DNA of 64,000 bases from Pseudomonadota bacterium (GCA_034439715.1 JAWXAY010000080.1:39862-103861), one strand, 5' to 3'. Numbered from the stretch's first letter, positions 18,121 to 28,722 are shown. A program made the numbers and translations. Notes: a model not told the origin generated them from the sequence alone.

Positions 18121-19366
18121 GAATTCGCCAGTAGTAGATCCCTAAAGTTAGCGCGAAAATCAGCATGAGTTGATGATTGATTTCAGCGTCTTTAAAAGTA
18201 CATTCACCTATGCCTCCAAACTGGAGCGCCACTTGCGCTCCCATCGAGCCCAGTACAAAGGATCTCTGCCAAGATTCCTCGTGGCGAAGTTTTTGCCACA
18301 GACGCCAGGAATAAATAAAAAGCGAAATACAAAAAACAAAAAATGCTAATGTGCCAACGAGTCCTGTGCCCGACAAAAATTGAAAGAAATTATTGTGAGC
18401 ATGGCCGCCAAAGCCATCAGTGATACCTAGCTTTTTATAATAATCATGAACAATACGTTCATTTTCCCAATAACCAACACCGAGAATCGGGTAGTCTTTA
18501 AATATCGCGTAGTTAGCTTTCCACATGGTGACGCGTTCAGTATTGCTGGCATAATTAGGATTAAACAAAGTCAAAAATCGATTTTTTATAGCGGGATTAA
18601 AGGCGACCCCTAGGCCCACTACAATTGCGATTATTAAAACTGTCGCGAAAAAAACTCTTCGTTTGAAAAAGAAGGCGCAAGCGAGAATACCAAATATCCC
18701 GCCCATCCAGCCACTGCGAGTAAAAGTTGAAAGAATAGCAAGCCCAACCAAAGTAGCTGTGACGCCCGCTACGCGACGCATTTTTTTATCTTTTTTATTC
18801 GCGAGAATAAAAAAAGCAAACGGCAGAGATAAGAAAACCCCGAAGGAGTTGGCAAAGGTCATAGAAGAATTGAACATGCCGATAGAGCGATGGGCTGGCA
18901 GAGGTTCGGTTTGGCCGGTAAACTCAATACGAATATTGGTTTCGTGTAGGAGATCTATGCCAGTAAAATGTTGAAACAACGCGTAAGCTGAAACTAAACA
19001 AGCCACAGAAAAAACGAGGTAGATGATTTTTTCAAACTGATTGCCATTTGTTAAAAGTAAAGCGTAGCGAAGACCGATAAACAGGAGTACCCATCTGCCG
19101 CGGCCCACAATATCCCAATAATTAAAAGGTGGGGGAGTGTTTATGAGAGGTGCGATAATAACGACTCCCAAAAATACCAAAGCCGCCATATCTGCGAGAG
19201 TGAAAAAGCGCAAAACCTTTGTGGTTGCAAGGTCTCGACGTTCGGTAAACAGAAGGACGCAGGTCAAAAAAAATGTTAGCCAACCAAAGAGTTCCATGCC
19301 GGCCATACTCGTTAATAGCGACACGGCATAAAAAATAAGCGTATAAGGTATGATCTTTTTGAGCAT
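18095..19366 (-). CDS. waaL: O-antigen ligase family protein
   Basis: TFTRSGW, ER..MW, PILGVG, HAHNNF motifs; multi-TM. Confidence 0.85.
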   Translation of the reverse strand: MLKKIIPYTLIFYAVSLLTSMAGMELFGWLTFFLTCVLLFTERRDLATTKVLRFFTLADMAALVFLGVVIIAPLINTPPPFNYWDIVGRGRWVLLFIGLRYALLLTNGNQFEKIIYLVFSVACLVSAYALFQHFTGIDLLHETNIRIEFTGQTEPLPAHRSIGMFNSSMTFANSFGVFLSLPFAFFILANKKDKKMRRVAGVTATLVGLAILSTFTRSGWMGGIFGILACAFFFKRRVFFATVLIIAIVVGLGVAFNPAIKNRFLTLFNPNYASNTERVTMWKANYAIFKDYPILGVGYWENERIVHDYYKKLGITDGFGGHAHNNFFQFLSGTGLVGTLAFFVFCISLFIYSWRLWQKLRHEESWQRSFVLGSMGAQVALQFGGIGECTFKDAEINHQLMLIFALTLGIYYWRIHGPTYVKS

Positions 19367-19418
19367 TTTCCTTTACCATTATGTGGAATTTATGATTAAT
19401 TACAATGGCTAAAACACT

Positions 19419-20312
19419 ATGAAAGACGAAAAAATTAAGATAATGATAACTGGCGGAACGGGGCAGGTTGCAAGGGCCCTAAGCAATGCTTTCGGGCCCA
19501 GTGCGGTCCAATCAGGGCGTGATCTCTTTGATTTTTCGCAGCCTCAGCATCTCAAAAAAAAACTCGACGAATTACAACCAACTTTAATTCTTAATGCCGC
19601 GGCTTATACCCAAGTGGATAAGGCTGAAAGTGAATCTGAGTTGGCATTTTTAATTAATGCCGAATCTCCCAAAGTAATAGCGGAATGGTGTGCAATAAAT
19701 AGGGCCCGATTAGTTCACTACTCAACTGACTATGTTTATCCCGGAGCTGGTATTAAACCTTGGCGTGAGGACGATGGTGTGGGGTCGCTTAACGTCTATG
19801 GAACCTCAAAAGCCAAGGGCGATAAATATATTGAAGATTCAAAGTGTAATTATTTAATTTTTCGCACCAGTTGGATTTATGCTTCTCATGGCAAGAACTT
19901 TTTAAATACAATTTTAAGACTCGCTCAAGAAAAAGAGATGCTCAAAGTGGTGAATGATCAAATAGGCGCGCCTACATTTGCCGGAGACATTGGCGCTGCT
20001 ACATTTAAGATTTACCAAGCTGCAATTCAAGCTAAAAGCTTTCCATCAGGGATATATCACCTGTGCAACGAGGGAGTGGCCTCTTGGTTTGAATTCGCTA
20101 CCGCTATTTTGGCAGAGGCAGAGAGTTTAGGGTTCAAATTGAAACTAAAAGAGATATTGCCAATTTCTAGTGAGGAATACCCCACGTCTGCAGTGAGACC
20201 AAAAAATTCGCGTCTTGAAATGACAAAGTTAAAAAATACATTCAATATGGAAATGCCATCTTGGCAGAATGCTTTAAAAAGGTGTCTTAAGGAAAAACTA
20301 AAGGAAAGATAA
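19419..20312 (+). CDS. rmlD: dTDP-4-dehydrorhamnose reductase
   Basis: GGTGQV, NAAAYTQVDKAESE, STDYVY, YGTSK, VNDQIGAPT. Confidence 0.95.
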   Translation: MKDEKIKIMITGGTGQVARALSNAFGPSAVQSGRDLFDFSQPQHLKKKLDELQPTLILNAAAYTQVDKAESESELAFLINAESPKVIAEWCAINRARLVHYSTDYVYPGAGIKPWREDDGVGSLNVYGTSKAKGDKYIEDSKCNYLIFRTSWIYASHGKNFLNTILRLAQEKEMLKVVNDQIGAPTFAGDIGAATFKIYQAAIQAKSFPSGIYHLCNEGVASWFEFATAILAEAESLGFKLKLKEILPISSEEYPTSAVRPKNSRLEMTKLKNTFNMEMPSWQNALKRCLKEKLKER

Positions 20313-20327
20313 CGAGGAAAGATAATA

Positions 20328-20897
20328 GTGAAGATCACAGATCTAGAAATTGAAGGAATAAAACTTATCGAACTAAAGGCTCACCATGACGCCCGCGGCT
20401 TTTTTATAGAGCGATTTAATTTTGAAATTTTTAAAAAGCAGGGTTTGCCGACAAATTTTAAGCAGGATAATCATTCCCGCTCGCGGCCCAAAGTTATTAG
20501 AGGTTTGCACTTTCAGCATAATGAACCCCAGGGTAAACTAGTGGGTGTGATCCGGGGGAAAATTTGGGATGTGGCCGTTGACTTGCGTCAGAACTCTAAA
20601 ACTTTTGGTAAATATGTCTCGGTTGAGCTTTCTGAAGAAAACCAGCGCGTACTTTGGCTCCCAGCCGGTTTTGCTCATGGATTTTGTGTACTAGGCGAAA
20701 GTGAAGCCGATGTGCTCTACAAAGTAGACGTGCCCTACAACGCCAAAGGCGAGTTTGGTATTAAATGGAATGACTCCCAATTAAATATTCCCTGGCCGAT
20801 CGCGAACCCTATTGTTTCAGAAAAAGATCAAGTTTTGGCGTCCTTTGCTGATTATAAGGAGTCCTCATTAGCCAACCAATCCTGGTGGAAAAAATAG
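20328..20897 (+). CDS. rmlC: dTDP-4-dehydrorhamnose 3,5-epimerase
   Basis: DARGFF, QDNHSRS, RGLHFQ, DVAVDLR, GFAHGF, SEKD. Confidence 0.95.
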   Translation: MKITDLEIEGIKLIELKAHHDARGFFIERFNFEIFKKQGLPTNFKQDNHSRSRPKVIRGLHFQHNEPQGKLVGVIRGKIWDVAVDLRQNSKTFGKYVSVELSEENQRVLWLPAGFAHGFCVLGESEADVLYKVDVPYNAKGEFGIKWNDSQLNIPWPIANPIVSEKDQVLASFADYKESSLANQSWWKK

Positions 20898-20936
20898 CTT
20901 TGACAATCCTCGTCCCTCTAGGGGAAAAGAGGCTGT

Positions 20937-22829
20937 ATGATAGGTATTTTTAAACGTCCCGCAAGAGTTTCTCTCGGCCACATTCTGCCTGACTCGGTTA
21001 TTATTATTGCGAGTTTGTACCTAAGCCTCTATTTGCGTCTGGGCATTAGCGAAATTCCAGAACATATCGTTACATTTCATCAATATTTACCGATTATTCT
21101 CGCCATTCGCCTCAGTGTAAATTGGGTGTTCGGCGTATACGAAATTATGTGGAGATACATATCAGCAAGAGACGCCATCACGTTGGCCAAGGCTACAGTG
21201 ACATCGTCAGCCATAGTTATTACCATTAGTTTTTTTATTTTTGATCGTTTGGGCCAGATGCCACGTACGATTTACATTATTGATTTTCTCTTGGTGACGA
21301 TAGGGCTGCTCGGGATTCGCATTCACCGACGAATCAGGTATGAAGCGCGGGGACAGAAAGCCAAAGGCGGCCAGAGAACTTTGATTTTCGGTGCAGGAAC
21401 CCAAGGCCGCACTTTAGCCAGTCGTTTTGTTTCGGATCCTGGCGCGCAGATTGAATTAGTTGGTTTTATTGACGATGACCCTCAAAAAATTGGTATCAAA
21501 ATAGAGGGCCGTCCGGTCTTAGGCACTATTGAAGATCTTGAAGAAATTCTTAAGGATAAACAAATTGAACAAGTTGTTATGGCCTTTGACGGTTTGGGGG
21601 GAGAAGTCCTTAGACGTATTTTGCAAATCTGCTACTCCCACGGTATAAGACCCAAGTTGTTAACTAGCCTGAGAGCTTCGGCGCAAGCCCCGGCAGTCGA
21701 GCTTTACCGAGAGGTTTCACTCAATGACTTGCTCAATCGAGCCTCTCATGAGATGGATCTAGAAAGTATTAGCGGGTTGATAAAAAACAAATGTATTCTC
21801 GTGACCGGTGCCGGCGGCTCCATTGGTAGCGAGATCGCGCGTCAGGTTTTTTCGCACAATCCCCAAAAGTTACTTCTCATGGATAACAGTGAGTTTAATT
21901 TGTTCAATATTGATAAAGACCTTCGCCTGCTTTCAAATAGCGTTTCTAAAATTTATCCGCTTTTAGCTGACATCAAAGACGAGCGCACTGTTGAGCAAAT
22001 TATTGCGACCCATAAACCGCAGATTGTGTTCCATGCTGCCGCTTACAAACACGTGCATTTGGTAGAAGACAATCCCAATTCCTCAATACTAAATAATATT
22101 TGGGGAACGTTGGCTCTAGTTAGGCAAGCTCAAAGGCAAGGGGTTGAAACCTTGGTCATGATCTCAACCGATAAAGCCGTTAACCCTGTGGGAATTATGG
22201 GTGCGACAAAGCGAGTTTGCGAATTGATTGTGACGGCGGCAGCGCTCGAATCAGGTAAGAGGTTTTGTTCAGTGAGATTTGGCAATGTCTTAGGTAGTAG
22301 TGGGAGTTTGATCCCGACATTGCAACAGCAGATTCGAGAGGGTGGTCCCGTCACCATCACGCATAAAGATATGACTCGATTTTTTATGTTAATCCCAGAG
22401 GCCGTCTCTTTAGTTTTAAAGGCCTCAACAATTGCACGCCCAGGAGACATCAATGTTTTAAAAATGGGTGAACCTGTTAAAATACTAGATATCGCCCGCA
22501 GTTTGATGACACTCATGGGCGTTAATGAGGAAAAGGTACCTATTGTTTTTACGGGACTTCGTCCGGGCGAAAAACTTTTTGAGGAGTTATATATTCGTGG
22601 GGACGAACTCAAGAGTGAACATCCTGATATCTTAATTCTCCCAAATGGGGATTCTCACCTGCAAAATGGCTCTGAAGAAAGTAAAAAGCTCATGAGCGCC
22701 GTAGAAGCTAATATCAAACTTGCCAGCGATGGCGCGCAAGAGGTTGTTAACCATTTGCATGAACTGGTGAAAAAATATTCTAGCCCACACACCAAAAAGG
22801 CCAAACCAATGGAAAAGGTATTTCACTAA
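20937..22829 (+). CDS. Membrane-bound UDP-GlcNAc 4,6-dehydratase (PglF/WbpM/CapD family)
   Basis: N-terminal TMs; TGAGGSIGSE, HAAAYKHV, ISTDKAVNP, MGATK, VRFGNVLGSSGS, GLRPGEKLFEEL. Confidence 0.92.
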   Translation: MIGIFKRPARVSLGHILPDSVIIIASLYLSLYLRLGISEIPEHIVTFHQYLPIILAIRLSVNWVFGVYEIMWRYISARDAITLAKATVTSSAIVITISFFIFDRLGQMPRTIYIIDFLLVTIGLLGIRIHRRIRYEARGQKAKGGQRTLIFGAGTQGRTLASRFVSDPGAQIELVGFIDDDPQKIGIKIEGRPVLGTIEDLEEILKDKQIEQVVMAFDGLGGEVLRRILQICYSHGIRPKLLTSLRASAQAPAVELYREVSLNDLLNRASHEMDLESISGLIKNKCILVTGAGGSIGSEIARQVFSHNPQKLLLMDNSEFNLFNIDKDLRLLSNSVSKIYPLLADIKDERTVEQIIATHKPQIVFHAAAYKHVHLVEDNPNSSILNNIWGTLALVRQAQRQGVETLVMISTDKAVNPVGIMGATKRVCELIVTAAALESGKRFCSVRFGNVLGSSGSLIPTLQQQIREGGPVTITHKDMTRFFMLIPEAVSLVLKASTIARPGDINVLKMGEPVKILDIARSLMTLMGVNEEKVPIVFTGLRPGEKLFEELYIRGDELKSEHPDILILPNGDSHLQNGSEESKKLMSAVEANIKLASDGAQEVVNHLHELVKKYSSPHTKKAKPMEKVFH

Positions 22830-23549
22830 ATGAAAGTATTGTTAGATCCCGCGGTTCTCGTCACTTTTTCTCTTTTTCTGATGAGTTTAAAAATTAACTC
22901 GAAAAAATTAAAAATCACAGTAGCGCTGATGGCGCTAACCCTTTTTTTGCCAATATCAGAAATATTGATTTCTAATTTAGAAAATAAACATCCACTGCCA
23001 CTAGTGTTACCTCGGGCCGAGGCGGCAGTGGTTTTTGGTGGGGGCTTTTTGGGCTTTAATCAAAGGACGAATCAATATGTGTACGGCAGTGCTTTTGAGC
23101 GCTTCGGCGAGGCCGTTCGTTTAGTTCAGGAACACAAAATTAAATATTTAATTTTTACTGGCGTGACACCTAATCTTCACGCCGGATATTTATCAGAGGC
23201 TGATTCCGTGTATCGATTAGCGAGGGAATGGGGCCTTAGACCAGAACAGATAAAACTTGATCACAACGCAGTAAATACCTTTGAAAATGGTAAAGCTGTA
23301 AAAAAGATTTTAGAAGAATTAGGCGTTACCGAATTTTTATTGGTTACCAGCGCCAGTCACATGACCCGCTCTTTTCAGGTATTGAAACGCTTGGGGTTAA
23401 ATCCCTATGCCTATCCTGTGGACTATCAGGTTGGCGACCGAGATTTCTGGAACCCAAATGGTTTTGGGCTCAACAAATGGCTCTTACTAAAAACTTATTT
23501 ACATGAGGTCGTGGGATTTTTATATTATAAATGTCGAGATTACATCTAA
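22830..23549 (+). CDS. YdcF/DUF218 family protein
   Basis: VVFGGG, SEAD, NTFENG, LVTSASHMTRS, LHEVVG. Confidence 0.85.
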   Translation: MKVLLDPAVLVTFSLFLMSLKINSKKLKITVALMALTLFLPISEILISNLENKHPLPLVLPRAEAAVVFGGGFLGFNQRTNQYVYGSAFERFGEAVRLVQEHKIKYLIFTGVTPNLHAGYLSEADSVYRLAREWGLRPEQIKLDHNAVNTFENGKAVKKILEELGVTEFLLVTSASHMTRSFQVLKRLGLNPYAYPVDYQVGDRDFWNPNGFGLNKWLLLKTYLHEVVGFLYYKCRDYI

Positions 23550-23568
23550 AGAAACGATTGAGGTTAAT

Positions 23569-24339
23569 ATGAATGAAAAAATAAATGAAAAAATATCAGT
23601 GACGGGCGGGTTAAGAACGGATGCCGAAAAAAATGAAGCTTCTTTAAATAAAAAATGCTTTGAGCAAAATCTGACGCCCTGGGAAGAAAAAATGGCTAAC
23701 TTTCCAAAATATGTTCGCCGCCAAAATTTGACACGCTTTTTGGCCCTCTACGAGATTTTTAAAAAAGTTTTACCGGTTAAGGGATCGGTCATTGAGTGCG
23801 GCGTAAATCATGGATTTGGAGTCATGACCTGGGCTAAGCTCAGTGCGATTTTAGAACCAGTAAATTTAACTCGTAGAATTTATGGCTTTGATACCTTTGC
23901 CGGCTTTCCGACAATTGGCGAGAGGGATCGCTCGCAAACCAGTGCCCACGTCAAAGAAGGAGATCTTTTTGCGAACTCACTTGAAGAGATCACAGAACTT
24001 TGCAAAATTAACGATTCCACAAGATTTTTAGGTCATGTGCCAAAAGTAAAATTGGTCAAAGGTGACGCCACCAAAACAATTCCCCAGTTTATAGAGGAGC
24101 ACCCCCATCTAATGGTAAGTCTTTTGTTTTTAGATTTTGATCTTTACGATCCTACAATGACTGCCTTGAAATATTTCGTGCCTCGCATGCCAAGGGGTTC
24201 TGTTTTGGCCTTCGATGAACTCGACAACCCACTTTGGCCAGGCGAAACACAAGCCATGCTTGAGTACTTTGGTGAGCGAAAAATTAAAATAGAGCGCTTT
24301 GAATTCGATCCGTACATTGGCTTTGCCGTGCTAGAGTAG
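23569..24339 (+). CDS. TylF/MycF-family sugar O-methyltransferase
   Basis: GSVIECGV..G, YGFDTFAGFP, LVKGD...TIP, LDFDLYDPT, FDEL, WPGET. Start moved to ATG 23569 after GAGG. Confidence 0.8.
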   Translation: MNEKINEKISVTGGLRTDAEKNEASLNKKCFEQNLTPWEEKMANFPKYVRRQNLTRFLALYEIFKKVLPVKGSVIECGVNHGFGVMTWAKLSAILEPVNLTRRIYGFDTFAGFPTIGERDRSQTSAHVKEGDLFANSLEEITELCKINDSTRFLGHVPKVKLVKGDATKTIPQFIEEHPHLMVSLLFLDFDLYDPTMTALKYFVPRMPRGSVLAFDELDNPLWPGETQAMLEYFGERKIKIERFEFDPYIGFAVLE

Positions 24340-25065
24340 CTCTTCTACAATTTGGTCTGTTCCCGGTGGGGGATAAGGTTCTAACTCTTTTTTTCTGAGA
24401 ATCGTCTCAAGAGTCTTTGGTTCAGCGCCGAGGTGCCGGGCGATCTGGTAAACTCCGGCCAACGATTTCTTGCGATCCACCAGAGTTAAAACCGTTAGTC
24501 CAATTATTTTTAAATCTAGAGCTAAAGAAATATTTTTTGTGTATAGAAGTGCCAGGCGACTCTTCCAGGGACGTATGAGGCGATTGTAATCTAAGTCAGG
24601 ATTTTTACTAGATTTCAAAATTTGACCTTCGTCCGCAAAAACGATTGAAGCCAGATCAGAAATTCCAGGTTTTACTTCGAGGAGTGATTGCTCGACTGAG
24701 GTATAAAGTTCGGTGCCATGTCTGCTGACCTGGGGCCTAGGGCCGACCACACTCATGTCGCCGATTAAGACGTTCCAGAGTTGAGTGATCTCATCCAATT
24801 TTAAACGACGTACAATATGTCCAATTGGAGTAATGCGGTTATCTTGGTCACTGGTTGAATTGACACCCGTCTTATTCGCGCCTATCGACATAGACCGAAA
24901 CTTAATCATGTCGAAGGGTTTGCCATTTTTTCCTACTCTTTTGGCAATGTAGAATGGAGAATGAAAGTCCTGCAACCAAATGGCCAAAGCGGTTGGTAGT
25001 AGCACGGGAGAAAATACCACAAGGCCTATTGACGAGGCCAGGACATCGAAGAACCGTTTGCTCAC
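24331..25065 (-). CDS. Monotopic phosphoglycosyl transferase (bacterial sugar transferase, PglC-like)
   Basis: KRFFD, KFRSM, DNRITPIG, LKLDEITQLWNVL.GDMSVVGPRP, KPGI. The likely start is GTG 25065, overlapping the upstream stop. Confidence 0.88.
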   Translation of the reverse strand: MSKRFFDVLASSIGLVVFSPVLLPTALAIWLQDFHSPFYIAKRVGKNGKPFDMIKFRSMSIGANKTGVNSTSDQDNRITPIGHIVRRLKLDEITQLWNVLIGDMSVVGPRPQVSRHGTELYTSVEQSLLEVKPGISDLASIVFADEGQILKSSKNPDLDYNRLIRPWKSRLALLYTKNISLALDLKIIGLTVLTLVDRKKSLAGVYQIARHLGAEPKTLETILRKKELEPYPPPGTDQIVEELL

Positions 25066-25985
25066 AAGTGTTCCCTCATAGTGGCAACGACTTTTTCGCT
25101 GGTAACTCCGGCCCATTTACACAGGTATTCTCCGTGACCCATTACTTCGGGGAACTTATCAGGAAAGGCGATTTTTCTAAGAGTACCTTTGAAGTTCATT
25201 TCTAACAGCGCTTCAGAAATAATCGTTCCGAGTCCGCCAATGACTGAGTGCTCTTCTACGGTGAAAAGACATTCATAATTTTGAATTAAACTTTGAATGC
25301 ACTCTCGATCTATTGGTTTTAAGGTCGGAAAACTATAAACACCGACCTTAGTTTGATTTTCTCTTTCTAAAATGTCTGCGGCCAATACAGCAGTCTTAAG
25401 TGCACTGCCATAAGAAAGAATAGCCTGCTTTTTGCCAGCGCGGACTTCAATAGCACGGCCCAATGAAATATTTGTGAGTGGCTTTGTGTAAATGTCATCG
25501 GCCTTGCCCTTTACAAGTCGAAGATAGACAGGAGTTTTGCTGTTAATGATATGGGGTAAAAGTACACGAAGTTCAGAAATGTCAGCGGGACAGACAACAG
25601 TCATATTGGGAAAGGCTCGCATAAGGCCAATATCTTCAAGCGCAAAGTGAGTGAGACCCTCCATTCCGTAACCTACGCCAGCACCGACGCCGACAATTTT
25701 TACTCTCGAATTATGACCGCTGACATCTACTCGAATTTGATCCATGGCTCTAGAAGTGACAAACGGTACCATTGAATAAACGAAAACATTGGCTCCAGCA
25801 AGTGACATTCCCGCTGCGACACTCACCATATTGGCTTCAGCCACTCCGATATTCATAAATTGCTCAGGGCAAGATTCTCTAAATTTATCAAAAAGAGTAA
25901 AGCCGAGGTCAGCAGTGATTATATGAATTGTAGGATCTTGTTTTGCATAATCTAAAAGTGAGCTAACGAATTGACCTCTAAACAT
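25062..25985 (-). CDS. Transketolase-like protein, C-terminal (pyrimidine-binding) subunit
   Basis: ADLGF, NIGVAEANMVSVAAG, RAMDQIR, G.TH..ED, VEEHSVIGGLG. Confidence 0.9.
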   Translation of the reverse strand: MFRGQFVSSLLDYAKQDPTIHIITADLGFTLFDKFRESCPEQFMNIGVAEANMVSVAAGMSLAGANVFVYSMVPFVTSRAMDQIRVDVSGHNSRVKIVGVGAGVGYGMEGLTHFALEDIGLMRAFPNMTVVCPADISELRVLLPHIINSKTPVYLRLVKGKADDIYTKPLTNISLGRAIEVRAGKKQAILSYGSALKTAVLAADILERENQTKVGVYSFPTLKPIDRECIQSLIQNYECLFTVEEHSVIGGLGTIISEALLEMNFKGTLRKIAFPDKFPEVMGHGEYLCKWAGVTSEKVVATMREHL

Positions 25986-26802
25986 GTGCCCTCAATTCTG
26001 CTTTGGCATCGGCGAGTTCTTTTTCGTTGGGACAGCGATAGTGCCAGAGAAGTTTATTTTCCATGAATGAAACGCCTTTACCCTTAATGGTATGGGCTAT
26101 TAAAACTGTCGGCCTATCCAAAACGCTCTCAGCTTTTTTAAGGTGTTCAACAATTTCACTCGGGTTATGTCCGTCGACTTCATAGGCGTTCCAACCAAAG
26201 GCTTGCCATTTTTCTGCCAGGGGATCTAAGCCAATTACGTCTTTCACATTGCCCAAGGCTTGAATTTTATTATAATCGACAATAGCGACTAGGTTATTTA
26301 GTTTGTGGTGAGCCGCAAATAAAATAGCTTCCCAGTTAGAGCCTTCGTTAAGTTCACCATCACTTAAAAGCGTAAAGACTCTAAACTTGTTAGGTCCCTT
26401 TTTTCCCATATATGCCATGCCACTAGAGACGGGCAGACCATGCCCTAGGCTTCCGGTCGATAGTTCTATTCCGTATTCTAAATTAAATTTGCTGTGATGC
26501 TCAAGTGTCCCTCCATCGATGCCATATCCAGCCATGACTTCTTGAGAAATAAATCCGCGACGATTTAAAGCACAATAAAGAGAAAGGCAAGCGTGGCCCT
26601 TACTCAAAACAAAGCGATCGCGTTCAGGATCTGTCTTTTTATTGGGATCTACCTTGAGATGCGCGAAATAAAGTGCGGTGATGATTTCGACTGTTGAAAA
26701 ACAAGAACCCAAATGCGCACTATTGGTTTTATAAGTCCGCTCTAAAACATCAAGTCGCAACTCGCGCGCTATCTCAGAAAGTTTTTTTACCTCGAAGTTC
26801 AC
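25978..26802 (-). CDS. Transketolase-like protein, N-terminal (ThDP-binding) subunit
   Basis: HLGS, RDRFVLSKGHA, STGSLGHGL, SDGELNEGSNWEA..N, TIKGKGVSFME..WH. Confidence 0.92.
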   Translation of the reverse strand: MNFEVKKLSEIARELRLDVLERTYKTNSAHLGSCFSTVEIITALYFAHLKVDPNKKTDPERDRFVLSKGHACLSLYCALNRRGFISQEVMAGYGIDGGTLEHHSKFNLEYGIELSTGSLGHGLPVSSGMAYMGKKGPNKFRVFTLLSDGELNEGSNWEAILFAAHHKLNNLVAIVDYNKIQALGNVKDVIGLDPLAEKWQAFGWNAYEVDGHNPSEIVEHLKKAESVLDRPTVLIAHTIKGKGVSFMENKLLWHYRCPNEKELADAKAELRAHV

Positions 26803-27920
26803 AACAGGCTCTTCATTTGATAAAAAGCTCTGACCTGAGTGATGACGTATTCTACGTCTTCGGTTTTGAGAGCCAAATTGAGTGGGAGCATAAAGAATCG
26901 CGCGGTCATCTTAGTCGTAATGGGCAGGTTAAAATTGAGCCCTAGATTTTTAAATTGGTGAACGGCCTTTCCGCCCCATTGTAAAGGAGCCGAAACGCCT
27001 TTCTCTGCTAAAAATTTTCGAAGTTCATCTCGGTGGCCAGATTCCAATTCATAATTTTGAAAAACATCAAAGTGATCGGCATCGCTGTTGGGAGCGGGTG
27101 GCAAAATCAAGTCTTTGATTTCTTTGAGTCCTTGGTCATAGAGCGAGGCAATTTCACGTCGCCGTTTTATCATTTTGTCGTATTTTTTTAAACGATAATT
27201 TAAGAAGGCAGCTTGCAAATTATCTAGCCGAGAATTAGTGCCCCACATAGTCACGTCGGTGTCCTCTCGACCATGGTCCCGCAGTAGCCTTAGTTTGTGA
27301 GCGATGTCGTCGTTATTAGTAACCACAGCGCCACCGTCACCAAAACAGCCTAAGGATTTCGCGGGGTAAAAACTAAAAGCGCCAGCCAAACCAAAGGTAC
27401 CCGCAAATCGTCCCTTAAAATGAGAGCCAAGAGCTTGGGCGGCATCCTCTATGATATGTATTTGATGCTTTAATGCCAAGGCGACAATAGAATCCATATT
27501 GGCCGTACGCCCATTGAGATGAACGGGCATAATTACTTTTGTTTTACTGGTAATCGCTTTTTCAACCGAAAGGGCGTCTATCAAATGATCAGCTCCACAC
27601 TCTACCAGTATGGGAGTGGCTCCGACAAAGTGAATGGCGCTCGCGGTGGCGATAAATGTATGAGAGGGTACGATAACCTCATCGCCTTTTCCAATGCCAG
27701 CTGCCAATAAAGAAATAATAAGACCATTGGTGCAATCAGCAACGCCAATGGCATGTTTAACTTTAATAAACTTCGCGAGGTTTTGTTCGAACTCAACTAG
27801 ATCTTTTTGTAGGATGTAGGCACCGCGATTACCAACGTCTTTGAAAATTTCCACGAAGTCAGATTCCTCGGCTTTAAAGAGAGAGGGGTAGTCAAAAAAA
27901 GGTACTTTACGTGGACTCAT
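26799..27920 (-). CDS. DegT/DnrJ family aminotransferase
   Basis: IEDAAQALGS, FSFYPAKSLGCFGDGG, NSRLDNLQAA. Confidence 0.88.
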   Translation of the reverse strand: MSPRKVPFFDYPSLFKAEESDFVEIFKDVGNRGAYILQKDLVEFEQNLAKFIKVKHAIGVADCTNGLIISLLAAGIGKGDEVIVPSHTFIATASAIHFVGATPILVECGADHLIDALSVEKAITSKTKVIMPVHLNGRTANMDSIVALALKHQIHIIEDAAQALGSHFKGRFAGTFGLAGAFSFYPAKSLGCFGDGGAVVTNNDDIAHKLRLLRDHGREDTDVTMWGTNSRLDNLQAAFLNYRLKKYDKMIKRRREIASLYDQGLKEIKDLILPPAPNSDADHFDVFQNYELESGHRDELRKFLAEKGVSAPLQWGGKAVHQFKNLGLNFNLPITTKMTARFFMLPLNLALKTEDVEYVITQVRAFYQMKSLL

Positions 27921-27921
27921 A

Positions 27922-28722
27922 TTACTCCTCGCACCGTTTAATAATCTCTAATAACTGCGGATGTAAATGCTTATTTGCTGAAAACGCACTGTCGCTAAAA
28001 ACTGAGGGGTTACCTTTAAAATCAGTCCACAGGCCTCCGGCTTCTTCGATGATAACTTTAAATGGCATGATGTCCCAGGAGAACATAACAGGATCCAACA
28101 TAAAATCGACGCGTCCGGTTGCAACAAGTAACTGCCCGTAGGAGTCAGCGTAGCCGTGCATAAATTTAACGTAGTTTGAAATTTCGGCGAAAAGCTTTTC
28201 TTTGCCCGTGCGCTTAAAATAATTATAATTTGCACAAGTCATACGGGCGTGTTTTAATTCTTTGGTTTCAGTCACACGAACTCGCTCAAAGTCTTTTTTA
28301 TTAAAACCTTTGCACCAAGTGCCGCCGCCACGAGTGGCGTAGAGCGTTTCGTTGAGCATCGGAAAGTGCACAACTCCTAAAAGTGAGTCGCCTTTGCATT
28401 CCAAGGCGATCATGTTTGAAAAAAAAGGCGTCTTACAAACAAACGACTGCGTGCCGTCGATGGGGTCCAAATACCAGGTGAGTCCCGATTTACCCTCTTT
28501 TTTGCTAAACTCTTCGCCTACGATGGCATCTTCGGGAAAGGCGAGTTCAATTTTCTTTCGCAAGAATTCTTCGCTGGCTCGGTCAGCAATCGTCACAGGA
28601 GAACCATCACTCTTGTCTTCGGTTTTGACTTTATCTGATCCAAAATAATCAGCAGTAATTTTACCGGCGCTGCGAATGATATCAAGTGCAAATTGTAAGC
28701 GAGACTTAAGATTGACCTTCAT
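27922..28722 (-). CDS. Inositol monophosphatase family protein (HisN-like)
   Basis: SPVTIADR.SE, GEE, W.LDPIDGT.SF, WDI......EEAGG. Confidence 0.85.
   Translation of the reverse strand: MKVNLKSRLQFALDIIRSAGKITADYFGSDKVKTEDKSDGSPVTIADRASEEFLRKKIELAFPEDAIVGEEFSKKEGKSGLTWYLDPIDGTQSFVCKTPFFSNMIALECKGDSLLGVVHFPMLNETLYATRGGGTWCKGFNKKDFERVRVTETKELKHARMTCANYNYFKRTGKEKLFAEISNYVKFMHGYADSYGQLLVATGRVDFMLDPVMFSWDIMPFKVIIEEAGGLWTDFKGNPSVFSDSAFSANKHLHPQLLEIIKRCEE

Noticed and set aside
19554..19562. A9 tract in rmlD (and similar A/T8 runs) as phase-variation sites
   Set aside because: The frames are intact, and such runs are common in this AT-leaning, Lys-rich sequence.
20900..20905. TTGACA upstream of the PglF-like gene as a sigma70 promoter
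   Set aside because: No credible -10 hexamer at 16-18 bp spacing.
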